This document shows positions 9,177-18,943 of a DNA stretch of 64,000 bases, piece by piece. Both the position numbers and the translations under genes were made by a program. Source of the stretch: an uncultured Nitrososphaerota archaeon (GTDB lineage Archaea; Thermoproteota; Nitrososphaeria; Nitrososphaerales; Gagatemarchaeaceae); the NCBI GenBank assembly GCA_963703285.1, contig OY969807.1, positions 2,188,124-2,252,123 on the forward strand, read 5' to 3'. Numbering within the stretch: position 1 is the first letter of the stretch; every line of letters begins with the position of its first letter. Under the pieces are notes generated by a model, which saw nothing but the letters and a program-made list of their open reading frames with translations, ran no database searches and was not told the origin of the DNA.

Positions 9177-10360
9177 ACACGATCGAGACGGAGGACCTCC
9201 ACGGTCCGCAGACGTATCAGAAGTTCCCCGTTGTGATAGTCCGGGGTTCGGGGGCCGAGGTGTGGGACGACCACGGGAACCCCTACATCGACTGCATGGG
9301 AGGGTACGGGGTGGCGATCGTCGGCCACTGCAACCCCGACGTCGTGGAGGCCATACGAGCGCAGGCCGGGAAGCTCATAACCTGCCACGCGTCCCTCTAC
9401 AACGACGCCAGGGCGACGTTCCTCGAGAAGCTCGTCTCGTGCACCCCCAGGGGGCTCGACGCGGCCTTCCTCTCCAACAGCGGGGCCGAGGCCAACGAGG
9501 TGGCCATAAAGCTCGCCAAGAAGTTCACAGGGAAGAGGGGGATAGTCGCAATGAAGGGCGCCTTCCACGGAAAGACCGCCGGCGCGCTCTCCGCCACGTG
9601 GTCGAAGAAGTACAAGGAGCCGTTCGAGCCCCTCCTCCAAGGGTTCAAGCACGTGGAGTTCGGGAACCTCGCCGAGCTCGAGGCCGCGATCGACCCCGAG
9701 ACGGCGGGCGTGATGCTGGAGCCAATCCAGGGCGAAGGAGGGATCATCCTGCCTCCCCCCGACTACCTGAAGGGTGTCAGGGAGCTCTGCGACAGACGCG
9801 GGCTCCTGATGATCGCAGACGAGGTCCAGTCGGGCCTCGGTCGCACGGGCAAGATGTGGGCGGTCGAGAACTGGGGGGTCGTCCCCGACGTGCTTGTGGT
9901 CGCAAAGGGGCTCGCCGGGGGAGTCCCCATAGGAGCCACGGTTGCGAGGAGCGATATCCTGTGGTCGCTGAAGAAGGGGGAGCAGACCAGCACCTTCGGG
10001 GGGAACCCGCTCTCCTGCGCGGCGGGGACCGCGACGCTCGACTACATCATACGGAACGACCTCCCCGGCCAGGCTGCCTCCAAGGGGTCGCTCTTCTTGG
10101 ACCGGCTCCGAGCGCTCGTGGGGAGACACAGGATCGGGAGGGAGGCGAGGGGCCTCGGGCTCATGCTGGCCCTGGAGATGAGGGTGGACATCCAGAACAT
10201 ACTGATGCGGTCGCTCGAGGAACGCGTCCTCTTCACGTACTCCGGGAGGACCGTGGTCCGCCTGCTCCCGCCGCTCGTCATCTCCGAGCAGCAGATACTG
10301 CGCACTGTGGACGCCCTCGACAGGGTCATCTCGGCGGAGGAGGCGAAGCCAGCTGGATAG
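9173..10360 (+). CDS. lysJ: LysW-aminoadipate semialdehyde/glutamate semialdehyde aminotransferase (ArgD family)
   Basis: YIDCMGGYGV, NSGAEANE, FHGKT, EPIQGEGG, DEVQSG, AKGLAGG, TFGGNPL. Confidence 0.93.
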   Translation: MNTIETEDLHGPQTYQKFPVVIVRGSGAEVWDDHGNPYIDCMGGYGVAIVGHCNPDVVEAIRAQAGKLITCHASLYNDARATFLEKLVSCTPRGLDAAFLSNSGAEANEVAIKLAKKFTGKRGIVAMKGAFHGKTAGALSATWSKKYKEPFEPLLQGFKHVEFGNLAELEAAIDPETAGVMLEPIQGEGGIILPPPDYLKGVRELCDRRGLLMIADEVQSGLGRTGKMWAVENWGVVPDVLVVAKGLAGGVPIGATVARSDILWSLKKGEQTSTFGGNPLSCAAGTATLDYIIRNDLPGQAASKGSLFLDRLRALVGRHRIGREARGLGLMLALEMRVDIQNILMRSLEERVLFTYSGRTVVRLLPPLVISEQQILRTVDALDRVISAEEAKPAG

Positions 10361-10766
10361 TATCGACGAGCGGATACTGGAACTCCTCCGGGCCGACTCG
10401 CGCACTTCGTTCGTGAAAGTCGCCTCCAAGGTCGGCCTGTCCGAGGCGGCGGTCCGGCGCAGGATATCCATCCTTCTCAAGGATGGGACCATAAAGCGGT
10501 TCACAATCGAGGTCAACGAACCGGAGCTCACGAGCGCGATAACATACGTCTCCGTGAGCCCGTCGTACCCCACATCCGAGGTTAGCCGGAGCATAAGGAC
10601 GGTCGCGGGGGTGGAGACTATCTACGAGACCACGGGGCAGTTCGACATTGCAGCCATAATCAGGGGACCGAACATCGCAGAGGTCAACAAGTCCGTCGAG
10701 GAGATCCGCAGGATAGGCGGGGTTCTCAACACCAACACCACAATAATACTCCGCACAATCCGCTGA
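10353..10766 (+). CDS. lysM: Lrp/AsnC family regulator LysM; apparent CTG start
   Basis: Extending from CTG 10353 gives (M)DSIDERILELLRADSRTSFVKVASKVGLSEAAVRRRI, a complete Lrp HTH; YETTGQFD. Confidence 0.85.
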   Translation: MDSIDERILELLRADSRTSFVKVASKVGLSEAAVRRRISILLKDGTIKRFTIEVNEPELTSAITYVSVSPSYPTSEVSRSIRTVAGVETIYETTGQFDIAAIIRGPNIAEVNKSVEEIRRIGGVLNTNTTIILRTIR

Positions 10767-10829
10767 AGGGAGTCGAGTATCGTTAATAACGTCACGAAGA
10801 GACCATCCGAATTGCGGTAGCCGCTAGAG

Positions 10830-11678
10830 ATGACATCGTTCACCCTCCTGTACGACGTGATACGCTGGGAAGAGAAGGCGATAGCGAACGCCGCTAAGCG
10901 GAAGGGCGTGGACCTCCATCTCGTCGACGCGCGCGAGCTAGCTCTGGACGTAACCGCCAAGTCTAGCGGGATTGCCGACCACCTTATCCTCGAGAGGTGC
11001 GTCTCCCACTACAGGAACATCCACGCCACGGCGGCGCTCGAGTCGCTGGGGCACCGGGTCGTCAACTCGTTCCAGGCGGCCCAGATCTCCAGCGACAAGC
11101 TCTTCGGGAGCCTGGCGCTCGCCCGCGCCGGGATTCCTACGCCGCGGACATTCGTCGCCTTCACCCAGGAGGCCGCGCTGAGGTCGCTGGAGAAGCTCGG
11201 CTATCCCGCCGTCCTGAAGCCGGTGGTCGGCAGCTGGGGCAGGCTCTCAGCCCTGCTCAAGGACAGCGACTTCGCGACCGCCATACTCGAGGACAGGGAG
11301 TACATGTACCCGATGTACCAGGTCTACTACCTCCAAGAGTTCGTGAAGCGCCCGCCCCGGGACATCAGGTCGTTCGTCGTCGGCGACAGGACGGTGGCCG
11401 CCATCTATCGCCTATCCTCGTCGGACTGGAGGACCAACACCGCGAGGGGAGGAAAGGCCCTGGACTGCCCGGTAACGCCGGAGCTGGACGAGCTCTCGCT
11501 CAGGTCCGCCAAGGCGGTCGGGGGCGAGATAGTGGGCGTCGACCTGATGGAATCCCCCGATGGCCCGGTGGTCCACGAAGTGAACAACACGACCGAATTC
11601 AAGAACACCGTGCCGGCGACCGGGGTAGACATCCCCGGACTCATCGTGGACTACCTCGTCTCGCTGGAGAAGAGATGA
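10830..11678 (+). CDS. lysX: Alpha-aminoadipate--LysW ligase
   Basis: KPVVGSWGRL; WRTNTARG and EFKN motifs fit the LysX type. Confidence 0.85.
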   Translation: MTSFTLLYDVIRWEEKAIANAAKRKGVDLHLVDARELALDVTAKSSGIADHLILERCVSHYRNIHATAALESLGHRVVNSFQAAQISSDKLFGSLALARAGIPTPRTFVAFTQEAALRSLEKLGYPAVLKPVVGSWGRLSALLKDSDFATAILEDREYMYPMYQVYYLQEFVKRPPRDIRSFVVGDRTVAAIYRLSSSDWRTNTARGGKALDCPVTPELDELSLRSAKAVGGEIVGVDLMESPDGPVVHEVNNTTEFKNTVPATGVDIPGLIVDYLVSLEKR

Positions 11679-11682
11679 GCCC

Positions 11683-12771
11683 TTGGAGGACGAAGTCAGT
11701 CTCCTCCTCGACTCGCTGAGGATCTACTCGCCTTCGAGGAAGGAGTCTCGGCTCTCCGCCATGCTCCAATCGAGGATGCGAGGCCGCGGCTTCAGGAACG
11801 TGCGGACGGACGGGGCCGGGAACGCGATAGGCGAGGTGGGGAGCGGGCGCCGTCACCTGCTGCTCTGCGGACACATGGACACTGTTCCGGGCATGATGAG
11901 CGTGCGCACCGAGGGCGAGAGGATCTACGGCCGGGGGGCCGCCGACGCCAAGTCGCCACTCTGCGCGATGATGTCCGCGGCCGCCTCTTGCAGGGACGCC
12001 CCCCTGAGGGTGACCATGGCCTGCGTGACGAGGGAGGAAGGCGACAGCCTCGGGGTGAACACGCTGATCGACGCCGGGGGTGACTACGACGCAGCGGTCT
12101 TCGGGGAGCCGGGAGGCGCTCACCGGGTGGCGGTCGGCTACAGGGGCCGGTTCGAGGGCGTGCTCCGCGTCGAGACGCGCGGAGGTCACGCCTCCTCGTC
12201 CTGGGCGCACGCGAGCGCCGTCGACGAGGCGCTGGAGGTCGTCTCCGCGATGCGTCAATACGAGAAGGGCAGGTCGCTCGAGGGGGACCACTACCGCTCG
12301 GTGAACGTCTCTGTCACCATGATTCGAGGCGGGAGTTACTCCAACGTCATCCCAAAGTCTTGCTCTGTGACGCTCGACGTGAGGACCCCGCCAGGGACGG
12401 CGTCGGCCGAGGTCCAGTCCAGCCTTGCGGGAATCGTCGAGGCTCGCGCGAGGGAGCGACCCGACGTCGGTTTCGACCTCAGGTTCTCCGAAGCCACCGA
12501 ATCCTATGAGGCTCCCAAGGACTCCCTGATCGTCAGGGCGTTCCAGCGGTCGATCATCAAGAACCTCTCCACGAGGCCCGTCCTCTCCCACAAGACGGGG
12601 ACCGGGGACATGAACACCCTCGCTCAGCGGATGAGAATCCCCTGCGTGACCTACGGGCCGGGCGACTCCAGACTCGAGCACACCGAAGGCGAATACGTCG
12701 AGGTTCACGACTACCTGAACTCGATTGCCGTCCTCAAGGGCGCGATCCTCGAGTTCGCCTCCATGAAGTGA
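11683..12771 (+). CDS. lysK: LysW-lysine/ornithine hydrolase (M20)
   Basis: GHMDTVPG, GRGAADAK, EEG, GEP, GTGDMN, YGPGDSRLEHT. Confidence 0.92.
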   Translation: MEDEVSLLLDSLRIYSPSRKESRLSAMLQSRMRGRGFRNVRTDGAGNAIGEVGSGRRHLLLCGHMDTVPGMMSVRTEGERIYGRGAADAKSPLCAMMSAAASCRDAPLRVTMACVTREEGDSLGVNTLIDAGGDYDAAVFGEPGGAHRVAVGYRGRFEGVLRVETRGGHASSSWAHASAVDEALEVVSAMRQYEKGRSLEGDHYRSVNVSVTMIRGGSYSNVIPKSCSVTLDVRTPPGTASAEVQSSLAGIVEARARERPDVGFDLRFSEATESYEAPKDSLIVRAFQRSIIKNLSTRPVLSHKTGTGDMNTLAQRMRIPCVTYGPGDSRLEHTEGEYVEVHDYLNSIAVLKGAILEFASMK

Positions 12772-12848
12772 TCGTCCGCGGTCGCGAACCGAGGAAAAGG
12801 AGATAGACGCCGCGCGACGGGGTCACGCTCACCCCGAGTCCCATACAG

Positions 12849-14204
12849 ATGAGCGGCAACGAACCCCCCATAGACAACCACCGGCCCGGCCGGACCGCCT
12901 GGTCCCTCACGCTCCTGCCCCTGAACGCAGGCGTCCAGGGGTTCAGCACCATGGTCCCTCTCTACATCCTGAGCCTCGGCGGGTCCGTCGTCGACGTGGG
13001 GCTCATCACAACGCTGTACAACCTCGTGATAATACCGTCCTCGATCTTCTGGGGTAGGCTTACCGACAGGCTTGCACGGAGGAAGCCGTTCTTCTTCGTC
13101 ACCTGCGGCGGGTGCACCTTCATCTTCTTCCTCATGTACCTCTTCCCCCACCTCGGCTCCCTGGCTGTCCTCTACACCTTGCTGGGCGTCGTCATAAGCG
13201 CGAACTCTGCTGCGACGAACCTGCTGGTCATGGAGACCTCCGAGAAGAAGCACTGGATGTCGTCCTTCTCAAGGCTCAACCTGATCGCCAGCGTCGGCTC
13301 GGTCATCGGCCTCGCTGTCGGGTCGTTGTGGACGACCGCGCTCCCGCTGAGGGAGTTCCTCCTCTTCTGCACGGCCGCCACAGCCTTCTCGATACTCCTT
13401 ACGTACACGCGCATCTCCGAGCCCCCCGTCACCCTCGAGACCGCGCAACTCTCCGCGCACCCGTCGGGTTACCTGGCCAGGATATACTACGGGATGACCT
13501 CGGTCCTGAGCCATCTGGTCGTCTCCCCGCCCTCTCCGAAGGAGGTCCTTCGCTCTATCCGGGCGACGAAGGCCGGAGCGATGACCGGGCGCTCGCTGCT
13601 CTTCGTCTCGATGTTCCTCTTCATGATCGCGACCGCGCTCCTCAACACGTCGTTCGCCCCATTCCTCTCGGAATACGGGGTGATGTACAACGAGATTTTC
13701 GCTGTCTCCCTGATCAACATAACCCTCCAGATCGGGATATACAGGTGGGTCGGCGACATCATCCGCCGGTTCGGAGGGGTGCGCCTCGCATCCTACGTCG
13801 TGATGATTCGTGCCGCGCTCTACATGGTCTTCGCCGTCTCGGCCCTCGCCTTCCACGGCCTTCCCCTCTTCGTCATCGCCGCGGCGTTCTACGGCCTCAT
13901 AGGCGTGGTCTACGCCATCTGGAACTCCGCGACCTCGGTTACGCTGATGTCCACCCTGGGGCAGGCGAGGCAGGGGAACGTTCTGGGAGGCTACGCAGCC
14001 CTGGGTGCGCTCGGGACGGTCGTGGGTTCCCTATTCACGGGGTACATATCCTACTACCAGGGATACTCGACGACGTTCACGACAGCAGCCGCCGTCATGC
14101 TCGTCTCATTCTTCGTGCTCGAGGCGTCGCTGAAGGCGCTGGGCTACGCGACCAGACGTCCGAAGGGACCCGAGCCGCCCGGGGACGGGTCCGCTAGTCG
14201 ATGA
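12849..14204 (+). CDS. MFS transporter
   Basis: About 12 hydrophobic segments, WGRLTDRLARRK motif A. Confidence 0.85.
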   Translation: MSGNEPPIDNHRPGRTAWSLTLLPLNAGVQGFSTMVPLYILSLGGSVVDVGLITTLYNLVIIPSSIFWGRLTDRLARRKPFFFVTCGGCTFIFFLMYLFPHLGSLAVLYTLLGVVISANSAATNLLVMETSEKKHWMSSFSRLNLIASVGSVIGLAVGSLWTTALPLREFLLFCTAATAFSILLTYTRISEPPVTLETAQLSAHPSGYLARIYYGMTSVLSHLVVSPPSPKEVLRSIRATKAGAMTGRSLLFVSMFLFMIATALLNTSFAPFLSEYGVMYNEIFAVSLINITLQIGIYRWVGDIIRRFGGVRLASYVVMIRAALYMVFAVSALAFHGLPLFVIAAAFYGLIGVVYAIWNSATSVTLMSTLGQARQGNVLGGYAALGALGTVVGSLFTGYISYYQGYSTTFTTAAAVMLVSFFVLEASLKALGYATRRPKGPEPPGDGSASR

Positions 14205-15414
14205 GCTTGTACTTCAGCCGCGCCTTGCCGAGGGCGGAGACGAGCGACTTCGTGTGCTCGATGTTCTGTGTCTCCAGGTTCAGCGTGACCTCGGCCCTTC
14301 CTATGGGGACGTCGCGGCCCGCCCTCTCGTGCTCCACGCTTATGACGTTCGCCCGCGTCTCCGCGACCACCGTGAGCATGTCGCTCAGGGCTCTAGGCTT
14401 GTCAGAGAGGGTGATCCTCACCCTGAGGAGGCGGTGGGCATTCTCGAGACCCTTGGTGACTATCTGTTCGAGGATGTACATGTCTATGTTCCCGCCGCTG
14501 ACCACCACCCCGCACTTCTCACCCTTCGCCTTCACGAGGCCCGCCAGGCACGCCGCGACGCCGACAGCCCCAGCCGGCTCCGCGACCGTCTTCATCCTCT
14601 CCAGCATCAGGAACTCGGCCTCGGCGATCTTGCTGTCGCTGACGAGGACGAAGTCGTCCACGAGGTTCCGGATGAGCCTGTAGTCCAGCTTCCCCGGGTG
14701 CTTCACAGCTATGCCGTCGGCTATAGTCTCCTCCGCCTTGAACGGCACTATCCTCGCCGTCTTGAAGGCCATGTACATCCCCGGGAACGCCTGGGACTGG
14801 ACGCCCACTATCTTCGTCCTCGGGCTGATCGCCTTCGAGGCGACGGCAATCCCGGCGATGAGACCCCCTCCTCCCACCGGGACGATCAGCGTCCCCAGGT
14901 CCGGCTGGACCTCGAGCATCTCGAGCCCCACCGTCCCCTGCCCCGCGATGACCTTGGGGTCGTCGAACGGATGGATGAACGTGCTCCCCTCCTTGGATGA
15001 TATGCTCCTCGCCATCTCCACGGTCTCGTCGAAGGATGACCCGTAGAGGACCACCCTCGCCCCGTAGCCCTTCGTCGCGTCAATCTTCGCCGGCGACGCG
15101 CTCTCGGGCATGACTATCGTGGACTTCGTGTCGAGCAGCGTGGCTGCGTGGGCCACCCCCTGGGCGTGGTTCCCAGCCGAGGCTGCGATGACGCCCTTCC
15201 TTCTGTCCGATTCGGAGAGCGAGTAGATCTTGTTGTAGGCGCCCCTTAGCTTGAAGGACCCCGTCCTCTGGAGGTTCTCCATCTTGAGGTACAGGTCCAT
15301 CCCCGAGAGGTCGCCCAGCGTCCTGGAGGTGTCCAGCGGTGTCTTCCTCGCCACCCCCGCCAGCACCGCCGCGGCCTCCTCCACGTCCTTCAGCGTAACT
15401 TCCTGCTCGGTCAA
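14194..15414 (-). CDS. ilvA: Threonine ammonia-lyase with C-terminal ACT domain
   Basis: KMENLQRTGSFKLRGA, SAGNHAQG, PVGGGGL, SGGNID. Confidence 0.93.
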   Translation of the reverse strand: MTEQEVTLKDVEEAAAVLAGVARKTPLDTSRTLGDLSGMDLYLKMENLQRTGSFKLRGAYNKIYSLSESDRRKGVIAASAGNHAQGVAHAATLLDTKSTIVMPESASPAKIDATKGYGARVVLYGSSFDETVEMARSISSKEGSTFIHPFDDPKVIAGQGTVGLEMLEVQPDLGTLIVPVGGGGLIAGIAVASKAISPRTKIVGVQSQAFPGMYMAFKTARIVPFKAEETIADGIAVKHPGKLDYRLIRNLVDDFVLVSDSKIAEAEFLMLERMKTVAEPAGAVGVAACLAGLVKAKGEKCGVVVSGGNIDMYILEQIVTKGLENAHRLLRVRITLSDKPRALSDMLTVVAETRANVISVEHERAGRDVPIGRAEVTLNLETQNIEHTKSLVSALGKARLKYKLID

Positions 15415-16169
15415 ACTCTCCTTCCCTCGAAAGGATCTCCCAAGTTCCAGGCTGGGTCGAGGTACCTGGGCAGGACGGAATCCATCACGGTCCTCTCCCC
15501 TGGAGTGGGCGTACCGAGCTCAATCTCTCTCCCAATCTCGTCCTCCACGACGTGCCGCATCGAGGCGATAAATGCATCTGACCTCATGCCCGTGTTCGCC
15601 ATCGTCGCCACCCTCGACCTCGTGTACCTCCTTTGCAGCCGCACGTCCGCAGGGCTCGTGAGGCTCGCCGCCTCGGCGAGGTCGGCTTCGAGCAGCATGG
15701 TCCCGTGGCAGAGGAGGCCCGACCTGGAGATGTACGCGGCCATCCCGCTCACCTTCCCTCCCTCCGAGAGGATCCTGTTTGGCTCCTCGAACCAGGTCTC
15801 GACGTCGCAGGCCGCGGCCGCCTTGACGACGACGCGGGAGCACATCCTGAACACCTCGCGAGCGTCCCAGAGGTACCTTATGCCCCCGGCCGCGTACCCG
15901 CTCCCGATGAAGATTGACCAGTTGGTGTTCCCGGGACCGTTGTAGACAGCCCCGCCCGCCGTCATCCTCCTCACCACGGGTATCCCCTCCCTCTCGCACC
16001 GTCCCAGGTCCGTCTCATGGGCCGCTAGCTGGGCCCGGCCGATTATCACGGACCTCTCGTTGCTCCACAGTCTCAAGATCAACCCCCGGTTCTCCTTGAG
16101 CAGCGCCTCCTCGAGCGCAAGGTTGGCACGAGCGCCCGCCCCTCCATCCACTATCAGCCTTGGCTCCAA
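15411..16169 (-). CDS. Lipoate-protein ligase A family, catalytic domain
   Basis: NLALEEAL, VVRRMTAGGAVY, GKVSG, HGTML. Confidence 0.85.
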   Translation of the reverse strand: MEPRLIVDGGAGARANLALEEALLKENRGLILRLWSNERSVIIGRAQLAAHETDLGRCEREGIPVVRRMTAGGAVYNGPGNTNWSIFIGSGYAAGGIRYLWDAREVFRMCSRVVVKAAAACDVETWFEEPNRILSEGGKVSGMAAYISRSGLLCHGTMLLEADLAEAASLTSPADVRLQRRYTRSRVATMANTGMRSDAFIASMRHVVEDEIGREIELGTPTPGERTVMDSVLPRYLDPAWNLGDPFEGRRV

Positions 16170-16228
16170 GCTACAACTCCCTGCGGCGCGGCGCGTCTTT
16201 AAAGGCGATGTGGCAGCCCTCCCCTTGC

Positions 16229-16657
16229 TTGAGACACGACTACCGCTTCCTCCCGAACGTCGCCCTCGCCGACGTCGCGTTCCTCGCCAGGGGAGACTCG
16301 CCCGATACGCTTTTCGGGGCGTGCGCGGTGGCGCTCACCAGCGTGATGGTCGACCTGAGGAGCGTGCGGCCGGCGGTCGAGAGGGAGGTCAGCATCAGGG
16401 CGGGCGACCTCGACGGCCTCCTCTACGACTTCCTCACGGAGCTCATCGTGATGAAGGACGTAGAGTCGCTCCTCTTCAAGACCTTCGAGGTACGGGTCTC
16501 CCCCGACCTGCTCGGCCTCGTCTGCAGGATGAAGGGGGAGCGCATAGACCGAGTCAGGCACAGGCTCAGAAACGACGTCAAGGCGGTCACGATGCACATG
16601 TTCGGGGTGAGGCACGAGGAAGGGCGGTGGAAGGCCACAGTGGTCCTCGACATCTGA
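16229..16657 (+). CDS. Archease (RtcB cofactor)
   Basis: YRFL..VALADVAF, DVKAVTMHMF, C-terminal VVLDI; directly upstream of rtcB; probable TTG start 16229. Confidence 0.9.
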   Translation: MRHDYRFLPNVALADVAFLARGDSPDTLFGACAVALTSVMVDLRSVRPAVEREVSIRAGDLDGLLYDFLTELIVMKDVESLLFKTFEVRVSPDLLGLVCRMKGERIDRVRHRLRNDVKAVTMHMFGVRHEEGRWKATVVLDI

Positions 16658-16715
16658 CAGCGGCAAAGACTTAAAGTCTGTCGCGAAGCGTGGCGAGCGA
16701 ATCCGGTAGATCCTG

Positions 16716-18173
16716 ATGCCAGTTCCTCCGCAGACGAAGCAGATTTCAGAGGTAGTATGGGAGATTCCCCCAACCTACAAGGAGGGAATGAACGTCCCGG
16801 CGCGGATCTATGCTACGAAGAAGCTACTCGGGGGTATGGACCAGGGCGTCATAGAGCAGGTCACGAACGTCGCATCCCTTCCGGGTATTCAGCGCTACTC
16901 CTACGCGATGGCCGACGCGCACTGGGGGTATGGGTTCCCGATAGGAGGAGTCGCCGCCTTCGACCCAGAAGTTGGAATTATTTCGCCTGGAGGGATTGGT
17001 TTCGATATAAATTGCGGTATGCGCCTGATCCGCACGAACCTGAGGTTCAAGGAGGTCCAGCCCAAGGTCAGGGAGCTCGTCGACCTCCTCTTCCAGCTCG
17101 TCCCGACCGGGGTGGGCGTCAAGGGGTTCGTGAAGGTGAACCAGAACTCCTTCGAGGAGGTCATGAGGTGGGGCGTCAAGTGGTGCGGCGAGAACGGATA
17201 CGGGTGGGAAGAGGACGCGCGGATGGTCGAGGAGGGAGGGTTCCTCAAGGGCGCCGACCCTTCCACGGTCAGCAGGCAGGCCTCGAGCCGCGGCATCTCC
17301 CAGCTCGGGACGCTGGGGTCGGGGAACCACTACCTGGAGATACAGGTCGTCGACCCGGGCCGTTTCTTTGACGCCAAGATGGCCAAGAACTTCGGCCTGG
17401 TGTATGAGGACCAGGTTGTCGTCATGATTCACTGCGGGTCGAGGGGGTTCGGCCACCAGATCGGCTCGGACTACCTTAGGGTCTTCGACGGCGCGATGAA
17501 GCGCTATGGCATCACCGTGAGGGACAGGGAGCTCGCGTGCGCCCCGTTCGCTTCCAAGGAGGGCCGTGACTACTACGGCGCGATGGCCTGCGCGGCAAAC
17601 ATGGCCTTCGCCAACCGCCAGGTGATAGTGCACCGGGTTAGGGAGGCGTTCCAGAAGGTCTTCCGCCGCGACCCGGAGGCGCTTGACATGCACATAATCT
17701 ACGACGTCTGCCACAACATCGCCAAGGTGGAGAGGCACGCCCTCGACGGCGCGACCAGGGAGCTCGTCGTCCACAGGAAGGGGGCGACCAGGTCGTTCGG
17801 TCCGGGGCACCCAGACATCCCCGCGCACTACCGTCAGATCGGCCAGCCGGTAATCATCGGCGGCTCGATGGAGACGGGGTCGTACCTGCTCCTCGGGACG
17901 GCCAAGGCCATGACGGACACCTTCGGGTCGACCGCCCACGGCTCGGGGAGGACCATGTCCAGGACGGCCGCCAGGAGGGAGGTGAGCGGCGAGGCCCTGC
18001 AGAAGTCGATGGAGAAGAAGGGCATCTACGTGAAGGCGGCCACCTACGATGGGCTCGCCGAGGAGGCCGGGATGGCCTACAAGGACATCTCGGAGGTCGT
18101 GGAGACGATGCACACGGCCGGGATATCGCTCAAGGTCGCCGCCCTGCGACCCATAGGGAACATCAAGGGTTAG
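16716..18173 (+). CDS. rtcB: tRNA-splicing ligase RtcB
   Basis: DAHWGYGFPIGG, GFDINCG, LGTLGSGNHY, HCGSRG, HNIAK, HRKGAT, HGSGR, EEA..AYKD. Confidence 0.97.
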   Translation: MPVPPQTKQISEVVWEIPPTYKEGMNVPARIYATKKLLGGMDQGVIEQVTNVASLPGIQRYSYAMADAHWGYGFPIGGVAAFDPEVGIISPGGIGFDINCGMRLIRTNLRFKEVQPKVRELVDLLFQLVPTGVGVKGFVKVNQNSFEEVMRWGVKWCGENGYGWEEDARMVEEGGFLKGADPSTVSRQASSRGISQLGTLGSGNHYLEIQVVDPGRFFDAKMAKNFGLVYEDQVVVMIHCGSRGFGHQIGSDYLRVFDGAMKRYGITVRDRELACAPFASKEGRDYYGAMACAANMAFANRQVIVHRVREAFQKVFRRDPEALDMHIIYDVCHNIAKVERHALDGATRELVVHRKGATRSFGPGHPDIPAHYRQIGQPVIIGGSMETGSYLLLGTAKAMTDTFGSTAHGSGRTMSRTAARREVSGEALQKSMEKKGIYVKAATYDGLAEEAGMAYKDISEVVETMHTAGISLKVAALRPIGNIKG

Positions 18174-18943
18174 CCGATGTAACCGGGCTGACCTGAGCGG
18201 TTGGCCCCGCGCGGGTCGACGCCTTGGTCCGACATGCTCTGGATCTGGCTCATAACCTGCTTCGCCTCAATCGCCCTGTCCCTGAGGGTCCTGAGGTCGA
18301 TGCTGAGCTTCAGGACCCTGGAGAGGGACTCGAGCACGATCTGGGAGGCGACGGGGTCGACGAGGTACCCCGAGGTCTCCCCCAGGAGGCACGCCCCGTC
18401 CATCCCCAGCAACCCGGCCATAGCTATCACTATCCCGTTCATCCCGCTTATCCCTCCCTCCTTCATCGGCCTGACTCCGCTCTCCGTTAGCTCGGCGAGA
18501 AGCTCCTGCGAGGTCGCCGCGCCGAAGACGCGCTGCTCCGTCGTGAACCCCCCTGTGATGTAGGCTGCGAGGGAGAAGACCACCGTCGCCCCGAGCTTCT
18601 TCGCGGCCTGGAGGACCGCCTGCGAAAGCTCGTACTCGCCCTCGGATGTCGTGGGCTGGGCGTCGGCGGTGAAGACGAGCAAGTCGTTCCTCTGGCCGGT
18701 CTCGCAGTGGTAGAGCTCACCCCTGATCGCCCTCGCTACCCCCTGCTCGTTGACGTTCGCGTGGGGCGGGAAGCTGCCGGAGTAGAACTCCTCGAAGAGC
18801 ACCCCCTTGAAGGACTCGATGAGGTGATCCGCCGCGAGCTTGCCGACGTAACCGCTGCCCGGCAGGCCGCAGACCAGGACCGGGCTCCTCACCTTCGGCT
18901 CGAGGAGGACCCGGGAGACTATCTCCTCCAGTCTGTCACCCAA
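18170..18943 (-). CDS. Proteasome assembly chaperone, PAC2 family
   Basis: GLPGSGYVGKLAADHL, CLLGETSGYLVDP. Confidence 0.88.
   Translation of the reverse strand: MGDRLEEIVSRVLLEPKVRSPVLVCGLPGSGYVGKLAADHLIESFKGVLFEEFYSGSFPPHANVNEQGVARAIRGELYHCETGQRNDLLVFTADAQPTTSEGEYELSQAVLQAAKKLGATVVFSLAAYITGGFTTEQRVFGAATSQELLAELTESGVRPMKEGGISGMNGIVIAMAGLLGMDGACLLGETSGYLVDPVASQIVLESLSRVLKLSIDLRTLRDRAIEAKQVMSQIQSMSDQGVDPRGANRSGQPGYIG

Noticed and set aside
16229-18173. Archease-rtcB (and rtcA at 31768) as a dedicated intron-mobility locus
   Set aside because: These are near-universal archaeal housekeeping genes and their linkage is known; they supply splicing capacity but their position is not evidence.
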